From Dehalococcoidia bacterium (GTDB lineage Bacteria; Chloroflexota; Dehalococcoidia; SpSt-223), in assembly GCA_046328265.1 (NCBI GenBank), contig JAXLWW010000017.1:4777-68776 (forward strand): DNA of 64,000 nt, read 5' to 3'. Positions 27,634 through 37,300 of this stretch are shown in pieces. The translations under genes were made by a program, and so were the position numbers. The notes below the pieces were generated by a model that ran no database searches, was not told the origin of the DNA, and saw only the letters and a list, made by a program, of their open reading frames with translations. Position 1 is the first letter of the stretch. Each line of letters opens with the position of its first letter.

Positions 27634-28482
27634 ATGGCGCGAATCGTCGATAGCAATAACCTGCCCTGGCAAAACGGCCTCGACGTGGTCAACGCGATGG
27701 CCCCCGAGTGGCGGGCGAACCTCGGCCCGGCTGATCTGGTTGCCGAAACCTATGCGAAGTACGACCAGAAGACGCTGCGACTCGACCCGGACACGACCCG
27801 CCGGCTCGATCTGATCCGTCTCGCTCCCGGCTACCGAGACCTGACCTATGCCTATCACGACAGCGTCGAAGAGTGCTTCTGTCTGAGTGGATCGTCGTGG
27901 CTGGGCGGCGAGGGGACGATCTTCGAGCGGGGTTACTTTTGGCGTCCGCCCGGCTGGGTCCACACCGCCACCTCGGACGAGGGGTTTTTCGCGCTGCTAA
28001 ACATCCAGGGCGTCTGCGACGAGAGCGGGCCGGCATCGCGCCGAGTCCGGCCGGAGGCCGAGGCGGGAACGTGTGCCACGGCGAACGACCCGGACGCGGC
28101 GATCGGCCCACGCGGGTTCATCAAGATGCTCGATAGTCGGCTGGTTCCCTGGCAACCCGGCCCGATCTTCAGCCGGACCGAGGGGCCGCTCGACGGCTTC
28201 GACCTCGACCATATCGCCTTCAAGGTGCTGAGCAAGAACCCTTGGACGGGCGCGCAGTCGTTGCTGCTGCGGCTGGACCCCGGCTATCGCCAGCAGCGGC
28301 CGGGCCGCCAGAGCGCCGGTTTCGAGGCGTTCGTCGTCGAGGGAAGCGCCCGTCTGGGAGATGTGCCGCTCCCCGCTGGCGCCTACGTTCAGCGCGAAGC
28401 AGACACCGAAGAGCCGCCGCTCGCCAGCGAGGACGGCGCGATCCTGTTTGCCAAGGCCGACGGCTGGCTCGATTTCCGATAG
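27634..28482 (+). CDS. cupin domain-containing protein (bicupin-like)
   Basis: Two beta-barrel-like halves (...ECFCLSGSSWLGGEGTIFERGYFWRPPGWVH... and ...AFVVEGSARLGDVPLPAGAYVQRE...). Confidence 0.6.
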   Translation: MARIVDSNNLPWQNGLDVVNAMAPEWRANLGPADLVAETYAKYDQKTLRLDPDTTRRLDLIRLAPGYRDLTYAYHDSVEECFCLSGSSWLGGEGTIFERGYFWRPPGWVHTATSDEGFFALLNIQGVCDESGPASRRVRPEAEAGTCATANDPDAAIGPRGFIKMLDSRLVPWQPGPIFSRTEGPLDGFDLDHIAFKVLSKNPWTGAQSLLLRLDPGYRQQRPGRQSAGFEAFVVEGSARLGDVPLPAGAYVQREADTEEPPLASEDGAILFAKADGWLDFR

Positions 28483-28620
28483 GAGGCCGTAACACGACGC
28501 TGTCACGGTGCGTCGAGATGGCCGACCGGTCAACCGCCGAACGCGTCGCGATCGAGACGCTGTACCAAGACGGCCAGCCGAACACCGGCTGGCCGTCTCT
28601 GATTCAGGGGCGCGGGCGGG

Positions 28621-30195
28621 TCACTCGACCATATAGACGCTGTCGAGCGAATAGTAGCTCGGGGTCGTCCAGTTGAACCCGGCCATCTTCTTGGAATAGA
28701 TGTTGAACTGCGGCGTGCTGGTCAGGTAGATCATGTTCCACGAGTCGCGCAGCCCCTTGACCGCCTCCTGAAGATACTGCTTCCGCTTGGCGGTGTCTGT
28801 CTCGGCCAGTGCTTTCTCCATCGCCGTATCAAGCGCCGGCACGCACCACCAGCCGGCCCCGCCCTGACACTTCAAGAAACCCCAGGTGAAGCTGAAGACG
28901 CCGTTGGTGTTCGAGCTACCGGCTTCGAACATCGGTGGGCGTGTCCGGTTGCCGCGGCCGTAGGCAAAGTCGATATAGGCGCCAAGTTCGACCGGGTCAA
29001 GCTCATACTGGATGCCGATCTCGCGATGGAAGCCCTGAACCGCCTGGAAGATTTGGGCGTTGAGCGGGCTGTTGGTGAACACCAGCCCGTTCTCCAACTT
29101 GAAACCGTTGGGGTAGCCCGCCTCGGTCAGCAGCCGCTTGGCAGTGGCGACGTCATAGGGCACCGGCTGGATCGTCGGGTTGTAGTGTCCGGCCTCCGGA
29201 ACGGCATACTGGCCGATCGGCTCGGCCATCCCGGCGAAGATGTTCTTCGCCATCGACACCTTGTCGACCGCGTAGTTCATCGCCTGGCGGACCTTCTCGT
29301 TCTCGAGCGGGGTTCCCTTGACCTTCTCTTCGCTAAACAGGATCGAGATATAGCTCACCTGCTTGATATCGACCGTCATTCCCTGATTCCGGGCCTGAAT
29401 AGCCTGGTCGGCAAGGAAGGTCGAGCCATTGGCGAAGTCGATCTCGCCGGTACGTAGCCCAGCAAGCAGAGCGCTCGGCTCGGGGACGGCACGCACCACG
29501 ATTTCACTCAGTTCGACCTTGCGATAGGGATGTTCGCGGTCGGTGCGCTTGCGATAGATGATCTCCGTATTCGGGCGGAACTCGGCCAGCACGTAGGGGC
29601 CGGTGCCAATCGGTTTGAGGAGGAAGGCATCCTTGCCGACGCTCTGGTAATACTTCGCCGGCCAGATCAGCCAGCCAACGCTATTGAACAGCGTTGCCAC
29701 GTCGCGCTGCGTGATCAGCAGGTCAACGGTCGTTTCGTTGACGGCCTTGGCCCCGGTCAGGAAGGGGCTGAGCGCCCATTGTGGTGAGCGGCCGGTGGTC
29801 TGCTCGTTTACAGTGAAGGCGACATCCTCGGCAGTGAGCTTGTCGCCGTTGGAGAAGACGAGGTCGTTGCGCAGAGTGAAGCGCCAAGCGCTGTTGTCCG
29901 GCAGTAGTTCCCACTTGGTGGCGATCGCCGGCTTCAGGTTGAAGTCCTTGTCGAACTGGACCAACGAGTCAAACATCGCGCCGTACCACTGTCCGTTGAA
30001 GGCGCTTGCGAAGTTGGTCACGCCAGCCGGAAAGCGGTTGGTGCCGATGCGCAGCACCTGGTTGGCGGCGCGCTTGGGGCCCGCCGGAGGGGCCTGGCCA
30101 CCGGTCTGACTCGTGGTCGGGGTGGGCTGGGTTGCCGGGGCACAGGCAGCCGCGAATATGCCAAGCACGGCGAGGGCGCGCAACAACGACTTCAT
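28621..30195 (-). CDS. ABC transporter substrate-binding protein, family 5 (peptide/nickel-type)
   Basis: Lipoprotein-type N-terminus (MKSLLRALAVLGIFAAACAP), conserved family-5 SBP blocks. GGAGGGAGGAG lies upstream of the ATG at 30195. No adjacent permease genes. Confidence 0.9.
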   Translation of the reverse strand: MKSLLRALAVLGIFAAACAPATQPTPTTSQTGGQAPPAGPKRAANQVLRIGTNRFPAGVTNFASAFNGQWYGAMFDSLVQFDKDFNLKPAIATKWELLPDNSAWRFTLRNDLVFSNGDKLTAEDVAFTVNEQTTGRSPQWALSPFLTGAKAVNETTVDLLITQRDVATLFNSVGWLIWPAKYYQSVGKDAFLLKPIGTGPYVLAEFRPNTEIIYRKRTDREHPYRKVELSEIVVRAVPEPSALLAGLRTGEIDFANGSTFLADQAIQARNQGMTVDIKQVSYISILFSEEKVKGTPLENEKVRQAMNYAVDKVSMAKNIFAGMAEPIGQYAVPEAGHYNPTIQPVPYDVATAKRLLTEAGYPNGFKLENGLVFTNSPLNAQIFQAVQGFHREIGIQYELDPVELGAYIDFAYGRGNRTRPPMFEAGSSNTNGVFSFTWGFLKCQGGAGWWCVPALDTAMEKALAETDTAKRKQYLQEAVKGLRDSWNMIYLTSTPQFNIYSKKMAGFNWTTPSYYSLDSVYMVE

Positions 30196-30401
30196 CGGAT
30201 CTCCTCCCTCCTCAGGGGCGGCCATGGCGACGAGCGGGGTGCGCCCCGATTGCGACCTGGGGCGCCGCCGCCGATGCAGCCGTGCATACATTACACGATC
30301 GTTCCGTCAAGGTCGACCTGCCCGCCGGCAGCGGGGAGCCGTCGATCTGCTAGCATCGCCAGGTCGGCCTGGTCGGGCCGACAAATCGCGTGGAGGCGGC
30401 G

Positions 30402-31634
30402 ATGTCCGCTGGACCTCTGGCCGGAATCCGGGTGCTCGACTTCACCTGGATCATTGCCGGGCCGTTCACGACCCGCATCCTGATCGAGTTGGGCGCGGAC
30501 GTCATCAAGGTCGAGCGTCCCGGCATCGGCGACTTCTATCGCCAGGGCGACCACCGCGGCGCACGGCCCGATTGGGCCTACTGGAACTACGGCAAGCGCT
30601 CGGTCGGGATCGACCTGAAGCACCCGCGCGGGGTCGCGCTCTGCCGTGAGTTGGCTCTGCGATGCGATGTGCTGGTCGAGAACTTCCGGCCCGGCACGCT
30701 CAACCGGCTTGGCCTCGGTCCGGAAGTGCTGCTGCGCGAGCATCCGCGGCTGGTCTACTGCTCGATCTCGGGCTTTGGCGAAACCAGCCCCGAGCGTGAC
30801 CGGCCGCTCCACGCCGGTGTCGCCCATGCGCTGTCGGGCATCATGACGCTGATCGGCCGGCCTGACGACCCGCCGTTTCAGCCGACCCCACGGCTGGCCG
30901 ACACCGTTGCCGGTATCCACGCCGCCCTCGCGGTCTGCGCCGCCCTGGTCCAGCGCGAGCGTACCGGCCGCGGCGCTCGGATCGATCTCGCGGTCCTTGA
31001 CTCGCTGGTCTGGACGCTTGGGCCGTATGCCGAGTTCGCCGCGCTTGGGAAAGAAGTCGGCTGGGAGGCGCGCGACGGCCTGATCAACCGCGACACTGTT
31101 CCGAGCGGCGTCTACCAGGGAGCAGACGGCTGGATCGTGATTGGCGGCGGGGTCGACGACGCCAATTGGCAACGCCTCGCGCCAGCGCTGGGCCGGGCCG
31201 ACCTCGCCGGGTTGCGCCACCCCGAGCGTCACAAGCGCCAGGACGAGATCTACGGGATCATCTCGGACTGGGTACGCGCCCAGAGCAGCGTCGCCGAAGC
31301 CGAGCAGATCCTGCTGGCGCACGATGTGATCTGCGGCAAGGTGAACACACCCGCCGAGATGGTGACAATGGAGAGCCTGCGCGCCCGCGGGACGATCGAG
31401 CGCGTCGAACACCGCGACCTCGGGCCGATCGACATCACCAACGCGCCGTTTCACCTCGACGGCGTTGTGCCTCACTGGCCCGGGCCGGGTCCACGGCTTG
31501 GCGAACACAACCGCGAGGTGATGGGCGAACTGCTCGGACTGGACGCCGGGGCAATCGCCACCCTCGAGGCCGACGGCGTGCTGTCGCGCTCTCCAGACGA
31601 GCCCGCGCTCTCGCCGCCGACCCCCGCAAGCTGA
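30402..31634 (+). CDS. CaiB/BaiF family (family III) CoA-transferase
   Basis: N-terminus LAGIRVLDFTWIIAGPFTTRILIELGADVIKVERP is the family-III CoA-transferase signature. GGAGG lies 4 nt upstream of the ATG. Confidence 0.9.
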   Translation: MSAGPLAGIRVLDFTWIIAGPFTTRILIELGADVIKVERPGIGDFYRQGDHRGARPDWAYWNYGKRSVGIDLKHPRGVALCRELALRCDVLVENFRPGTLNRLGLGPEVLLREHPRLVYCSISGFGETSPERDRPLHAGVAHALSGIMTLIGRPDDPPFQPTPRLADTVAGIHAALAVCAALVQRERTGRGARIDLAVLDSLVWTLGPYAEFAALGKEVGWEARDGLINRDTVPSGVYQGADGWIVIGGGVDDANWQRLAPALGRADLAGLRHPERHKRQDEIYGIISDWVRAQSSVAEAEQILLAHDVICGKVNTPAEMVTMESLRARGTIERVEHRDLGPIDITNAPFHLDGVVPHWPGPGPRLGEHNREVMGELLGLDAGAIATLEADGVLSRSPDEPALSPPTPAS

Positions 31635-31643
31635 TGGAGCCAT

Positions 31644-32330
31644 ATGACGACCTGGTTTGACTCGGCCGATCTCGCCTTGGCCGACACTCCCGACGGTGTG
31701 ACCGTCTTGATCGGCGGCTTCGCCGGCGCGGGGTCTCCCGGCAACCTGATCGATGCGCTTGCTCGCCAGGGAGCGCGGAACCTGACGGTGGTCATGAACG
31801 CCGTCTTGCCCGGCGACGCGGTCGACCAGTTGTTTGCAAACGGCCAGGTCACCCGGATGATCTGCACCTTTCCCGTTTCCAGCCGGGTGCGCGAGATGAC
31901 CGCCGCCGAGCGTGCCCTGCGCGCCGGTGAGATTGCCCTCGAGCTTGTTCCGCAGGGCACCCTCGTCGAACGTATTCGCGCGGGCGGGGCGGGCCTCCCG
32001 GCGTTCTTCACGCCGGTCGGGGTTGGCACCGTCGTCTCCGAAGGCAAGGAGGTGCGCGAGTTCGATGGGCGGCCCTGCCTGCTCGAGCGGGCCATCACCG
32101 CCGACCTCGCGCTGATCCGCGCCGCCCGCGCCGACGGAGCGGGCAATCTCGTCTATGACGGGTCGGCCCGCAACTTCAACCCGGTGATGGCGACCGCCGC
32201 GAGGACCGTCGTCGTTGAGGTCGCCGAGCGGGTCGAGACGGGCGCGCTCATTCCCGAATGCGTCGTGACGCCGGGATTGCTGGTAGACCGGATCGTGGTG
32301 ACAGCGCGCCGGCCGGAGCGGGGCCGATGA
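31644..32330 (+). CDS. 3-oxoacid CoA-transferase subunit A (ScoA/AtoD-like)
   Basis: Family-I CoA-transferase A-subunit blocks (VTVLIGGFAGAGSPGNLI...; ELVPQGTLVERIRAGGAG). Confidence 0.85.
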   Translation: MTTWFDSADLALADTPDGVTVLIGGFAGAGSPGNLIDALARQGARNLTVVMNAVLPGDAVDQLFANGQVTRMICTFPVSSRVREMTAAERALRAGEIALELVPQGTLVERIRAGGAGLPAFFTPVGVGTVVSEGKEVREFDGRPCLLERAITADLALIRAARADGAGNLVYDGSARNFNPVMATAARTVVVEVAERVETGALIPECVVTPGLLVDRIVVTARRPERGR

Positions 32331-32989
32331 CACCTCGGCTTTCAGCCGAACTGATGGCGCTGCGCGTGGCGCGCGAGATCCTTCCCGGCGAGGTGGTCAA
32401 TCTCGGCTACGGCTTGCCCGGACTGGTCGCCGATTACCTCCAGGATCGCGAGGACGTCTGGGTCCAGACCGAGAACGGCGTGATCGGCCTCGGCCGGGTG
32501 CTCGACGACGGCGAGCCGTACGACCCCGAGATCGTCAATGCGATGGGCCAACCCTCGACGGTGCGCCGCGGCGCGGCCTTCGTCGACAGCGTGGCGGCCT
32601 TCGGTCTGATCCGTGGCGGGCATGTCACCACCGCGGTTCTGGGTGGGCTCCAGGTGTCGTGCGAGGGTGACCTCGCGAACTGGATGGTGCCGGCGCGCGG
32701 GTATGGCGGCGTTGGCGGCGCGATGGATCTCTGCACCGGCGTCGGACGGGTGATCGTCGTGATGCAGCACGCCGACCGCGATGGCCGGCCGAAGATCGTC
32801 GAGCGCTGCACCTTCCCGCTCACCGGGCAGCGGTGCGTACGGACGGTGGTCACCGACGTCGCCGTCGTCGACGTGACGGCGGAAGGACTGGTGCTGCGCG
32901 AGGTTGCCCCTGGCTGGACGCCGGAAGCGGTCCAGGCGATCACCGGTGCGCCGCTCGACATCAGCCGGGCCGGCGAGCTTGAGTTGTGA
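32327..32989 (+). CDS. 3-oxoacid CoA-transferase subunit B (ScoB/AtoA-like)
   Basis: B-subunit blocks (GEVVNLGYGLP; NWMVPARGYGGVGGAMDL catalytic Glu region). ATGA overlap with the A subunit. Confidence 0.85.
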   Translation: MTPRLSAELMALRVAREILPGEVVNLGYGLPGLVADYLQDREDVWVQTENGVIGLGRVLDDGEPYDPEIVNAMGQPSTVRRGAAFVDSVAAFGLIRGGHVTTAVLGGLQVSCEGDLANWMVPARGYGGVGGAMDLCTGVGRVIVVMQHADRDGRPKIVERCTFPLTGQRCVRTVVTDVAVVDVTAEGLVLREVAPGWTPEAVQAITGAPLDISRAGELEL

Positions 32990-33024
32990 ACGCGCTACGA
33001 TAGGCGGCGCTGGGAGGAGAGAGC

Positions 33025-33888
33025 ATGGAGATCGATTTCGTCGAACTTGCTTCGCGCGACAAGGTGCGGTTGGTCGGGTCCTATTTCGCGCCACGCGGCG
33101 AATCTCGTGGCGGCGCGGACGCGATCGTGCTGTGTCCGGGCACCTCGGCCGAGTTCTACAGCCAGCCGCTGCCCACTGTCGCCCACGCCGCTGCCGACGC
33201 CGGCTACGGAGCGCTCACCCTGAGCACCCGCGGGCGCGGCATTGTCTGGCGCGACCCGGCGACCGGCTTCAAGGGGGCGGGCTTCGAGCGGATCTCCGAT
33301 TGCGTCGAGGATTTCGCCGGGGCGATCGACTTTCTGGCGAGGCGTGGCCATCGGCGGGTGGTGCTCTGGGGCCACAGTCTGAGCGGGGTGAAGGTGCTTT
33401 ATGCCGCCGCTCACGATCCGCACCCGGCGATCGCCGGGGTGATTTCGGTCGCCGGTCCGCGTTGGTCGGCCGAGCATTACCTGACGTTGCCGGTCGCCGC
33501 TGAGTACGAGCGCCACCGAAGGACCGCCGAGGCGATGGTCGCCGAAGGCCGTGGCGGCGACCTCTTTCCGGTCGCCTTTCCGCCGGCCCGACCTTCCAGA
33601 CCGCCGAAGGCGAGCTCGACAAGCACGCCTACGAGAAATACAACCCGCTGCGCTGGGCCGATCAGATCCGGCTGCGCTCTTCCGGATCGACGCCGAAGGG
33701 GATCTTTCGGTCCCGCAGTACGGCATGGCCGGCCTTGCCGACCGGTTGCTGGCGATGGTCCAGCCAAACGCCGCCAACCGGGCGGTCATGATCCCAACAC
33801 CGATCACCTGTTCAGCGGCGCCCACGATGCGCTGGCCTCGGCGGTGGTGGGTTGGCTCGATGCGCTTCCGGTGGAAGTGCCCGTCTAA
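33025..33888 (+). pseudogene. alpha/beta hydrolase (GHSLSG nucleophile motif) with three apparent frameshifts in the C-terminal third (pseudogene or homopolymer sequencing errors)
   Basis: N-terminal 190 aa are a clean alpha/beta-hydrolase (LWGHSLSGVKV). Downstream, the protein-like sequence jumps frame three times: TFQTAEGELDKHAYEKYNPLRWADQIR, then ALFRIDAEGDLSVPQYGMAGLADRLLAMV, then NTDHLFSGAHD...VEVPV*. Each switch sits at a short G or C run. Confidence 0.55.
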
Positions 33889-34324
33889 CGGCGAGCAGCA
33901 GCGAGGGCAATCGCCGTTGTCACGATCGGGAAGATCAGATAGGTCAGCCCGATGTCGAGCAGGTAAGCAGGCAGCGACATAGCGAACGGTCCGGCGAGAA
34001 TGAGCGGTAGGTCCAGCGCGGCGGTGATCGCCGTTCGGCGCGGCCCAACTGCCAGGCTCGCTCGCCTCGGTCGCACCAGGAGGACGGATCGCTCAATGGT
34101 GAGGGAGCGTCCGTCGGCTGCGCCCATTCCACGCTCGATGTGAACTGGCTGCGTCTCGCGACCCTCTGGACGGGCATCGCCGGGGCCTCGTCAGCCGAGT
34201 TGACACCCAATAGCGAGGGAGACTAGGGTAGCGCGAACGCTGCTGTTGCCCCTCACCGGTTGCTTCCCGGCACGGGGAACCGGTCCGTCTCGAGGTTTCT
34301 AGCCATGGCGCGCCATCCCGCTGG

Positions 34325-37300
34325 TTGGTCCTTGCTCTCCTCTCGATTATTGGTTCGATCGTCCCGCCCGCGGCGATCGCCGCCCCGGCGGCGCCTGCCA
34401 TCATCCGTCCGGCCGCTCAGGATCGGCCAGCGGTAGGCGCGTCGCCAATCGCGGCAACGCCTGCCAGCCCGGCTGTCGCCTTGAACGATGGCGCGCCGGC
34501 GCCGCTTCATAAGCCCATCGCCGACTCCACCGTCACCGTGCGCGGGCAGTTGATCGTCGATCCAAACGGGTCATCTGCCGGGTCTTGCCGGTCTGCGGGT
34601 GGAAGCCAGCGGGCCGGCCGGTGCGTTCGGCGCTTTCGGGCGTGAATGGCAGCTACCAGCTTACCAATCTTCCGGCCGGGCGCAATCATCTGCGCGTCTT
34701 CGACCGGACCGGACGGCCGCTGGCGCTCGTCGACGACGTGCTCGACTTGTCCGGCTTGCAGGGAACCATCCAGCGAGACCTGCTCTTGGCGGAGTCGCCA
34801 GCGAGCGGTGAGCCGTCGCCGCCGCCCGCTGCCGAGCCAACCCCGCCGCCGACGGGGCGAGCGCCGATGGCCGGGATCCTCGCTACCGGCCAGATCACCG
34901 GTATCGTGACCGCGGCGGACAGTGGCCTGCCGGTCAGCGGCGTGACCGTCTGGGCGTACGACGCGACCGGTAGCATCGCGAACACGGCGAGCACCAACGC
35001 GAGCGGCCTTTATAGTCTGAGCGGCCTGCAGCCGGGGCCGTATCGGATCCTGTTCCGGCCCAACACCGGGGGCTATCTGCAGGAGTACTACAACAACGTC
35101 AGTGACCTCGCTTCGGCCACCCTGGTGAATCTGCCGGACGGCGGGACGGTGGTGAATATCAATGCCAGCCTCGACAAGGGGAGCCGTGTCTTCGGGCGGG
35201 TGACCGCCGCCGACGGCGGCGCTGGCCTTGCTGGAGTGCAGGTCAGCGTGTCGGGCTCGGGCGCGAACACCGTCTTCGCCACCACCGACGCTTCTGGCAA
35301 CTACACCACCAATATCGGGCTGTACAGCGGCAGCTACACTGTCCGGTTCACCCCCCCGAGTAGCGGCGCGGCCAGTTCCTACATCCCGGAGTACCACCTC
35401 AATGCCGCTTCGCAGACGTTCGCCACGCCGCTGATCATCACGTCCTCGGCCAACATCACCAACCTCGATGCGGTGCTCGATCGCGGGGCGGTCCTGACCG
35501 GCACGGTGACCGCCGCCGACGGTGGCGCACCGCTCGACGTGGTCAACGTCTATGTCTACGATGCGGCCGGGTCGACGGTAGCAAGCGCCGCCACGACCAG
35601 CGGCGTCTTTACGACGTCGCCCGGCATCCCGCCCGGCAGCTACCGGATCTTCTACCAGCCTAGCGGCGGCGATGCGAGCGCCTACTTGTCGGAATACCGG
35701 AGTGACAAGCCGGACCTCGCCTCGGCCGACCCGTTTGTCATTCCCGGCTCGGGCATCTTTGGCGGCTTCGATGCCGTGCTAACCCGCGGCGGGCTGTTTG
35801 GCGGGATGGTGACCGCCGAGGACGGCGGCGCGCCGCTCGCAAATGTCAGTGTGTCGGTGTACGACGCGGCCGGCAACCAGGTTGCCTACGCGTACACCGG
35901 GGCGAATGGCGTCTACACCAGCACCGGGGTTGCGCCGGGAAATTACCGGCTGCAATTCTCGCCGAGCACACCCTATGTGCCGGAATTCCATCTCAACAAG
36001 CCGAATCTGCAAGCCGCCGACCCGGTGGCTCTTGCCGGCGTCGGCGTCACCACCGTCAACGCCGCGTTGGCGCTTGGCGGCGTCCTGACCGGCACGGTGA
36101 CCGCCGCCGACGGCGGCGCGCCGTTAGCCGGCGTCGGGGTCACTGCTTACTCCACCACCTGGAATTGGCTTGGCTCGTCCACCACCACCGTCAGCGGCGT
36201 CTACACCGTCACCGGACTGCCTCCGGGCCAGGTCTTCATCCAGTTCAGCCCTAACTCGAACAGCCTTTCCGCCGGCTACCTCGGTGAGTATTACGACAAT
36301 CAGCCTGTCGAGGCCCCGACGCCGGTGACGATCGCGGTTGGGACGCCGGCAGTTGCCAATGCGGTCTTGGAGCGCGGCAGTGTGGTAACTGGTCGGGTGA
36401 CTGCTGATGGAAGTGGTAGCATGATGACCGGCCGGGTGCCCACCGCGGACAGCGGGGCGCCGCTGCCGAACGTCAATGTTACGATCTACGACGCCGCCGG
36501 CCGGTACATCGTCGGCACTTCGACCCGGTTCGATGGGAGTTACCGAACACCGAGGATCGGAAGCGGCAGCTATCGGGCCTATTTCTCGCCGTCGTCTTCC
36601 TCGCCGTCGCGGCGCTATCTTGCTGAATACCACCAGGACAAGCCGACGCTCGCTCAGGCCGACCCGGTGACGGTCACCGTGCCGACAGTCGCGACTGTCG
36701 ACGCGGCACTGGCGGCCGGTGGGCAGATCGCCGGACGGGTGACCGCCGCCGACAGCGGGGCGGGACTGGCGGGGGTCAACATCTCGGTGCAGACTCCAGC
36801 CGGCAGTCAGGTTGGTTCGGCATTTACCGACCTCGGCGGCTACTACACCTCGACCGCTGTCGCCACCGGCAATTACCTCGTCCGCTTCACGCCTTCAAGT
36901 GGCGGCGCCGCGCAGGACTATATCAGCGAGTATTTCAACGACAAGCCGACCCGGCCCCTCGCCGACGCGGTGACAGTCAATGCCGGCGCGATCACCGGCG
37001 GAGTGAACGCCGCCCTTGCGCGTGGCGGAACGATCAGCGGGCGGGTGACCGCCGCCGACGGCGGCGCCGGCCTCGTGGACGTCTTCGTCGATGCGTTCGG
37101 CTCCGATGGCTCCTACATTTCCGGTGGGACGACCGATGGGGCGGGTAACTACACCATCCGCGCTTTGCCACCGGGCAGCTATCGGATTTCCTTCTCGCCG
37201 TGGCTTTTCGGTCCGGCGCGCCAGTATATCCCGGAGTTCTACAACGACCAGCGGATGCTCGAAACCGCCAATCCGGTCGTGTTGCCGGCGATGGGCGCCG

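Noticed and set aside
33885-34127. 80-aa minus-strand ORF with two hydrophobic helices between the hydrolase and the giant protein
   Set aside because: It could be a small membrane protein, but there is no RBS evidence or conservation I can assess and it is partly antisense to flanking regions, so it is too weak to call.
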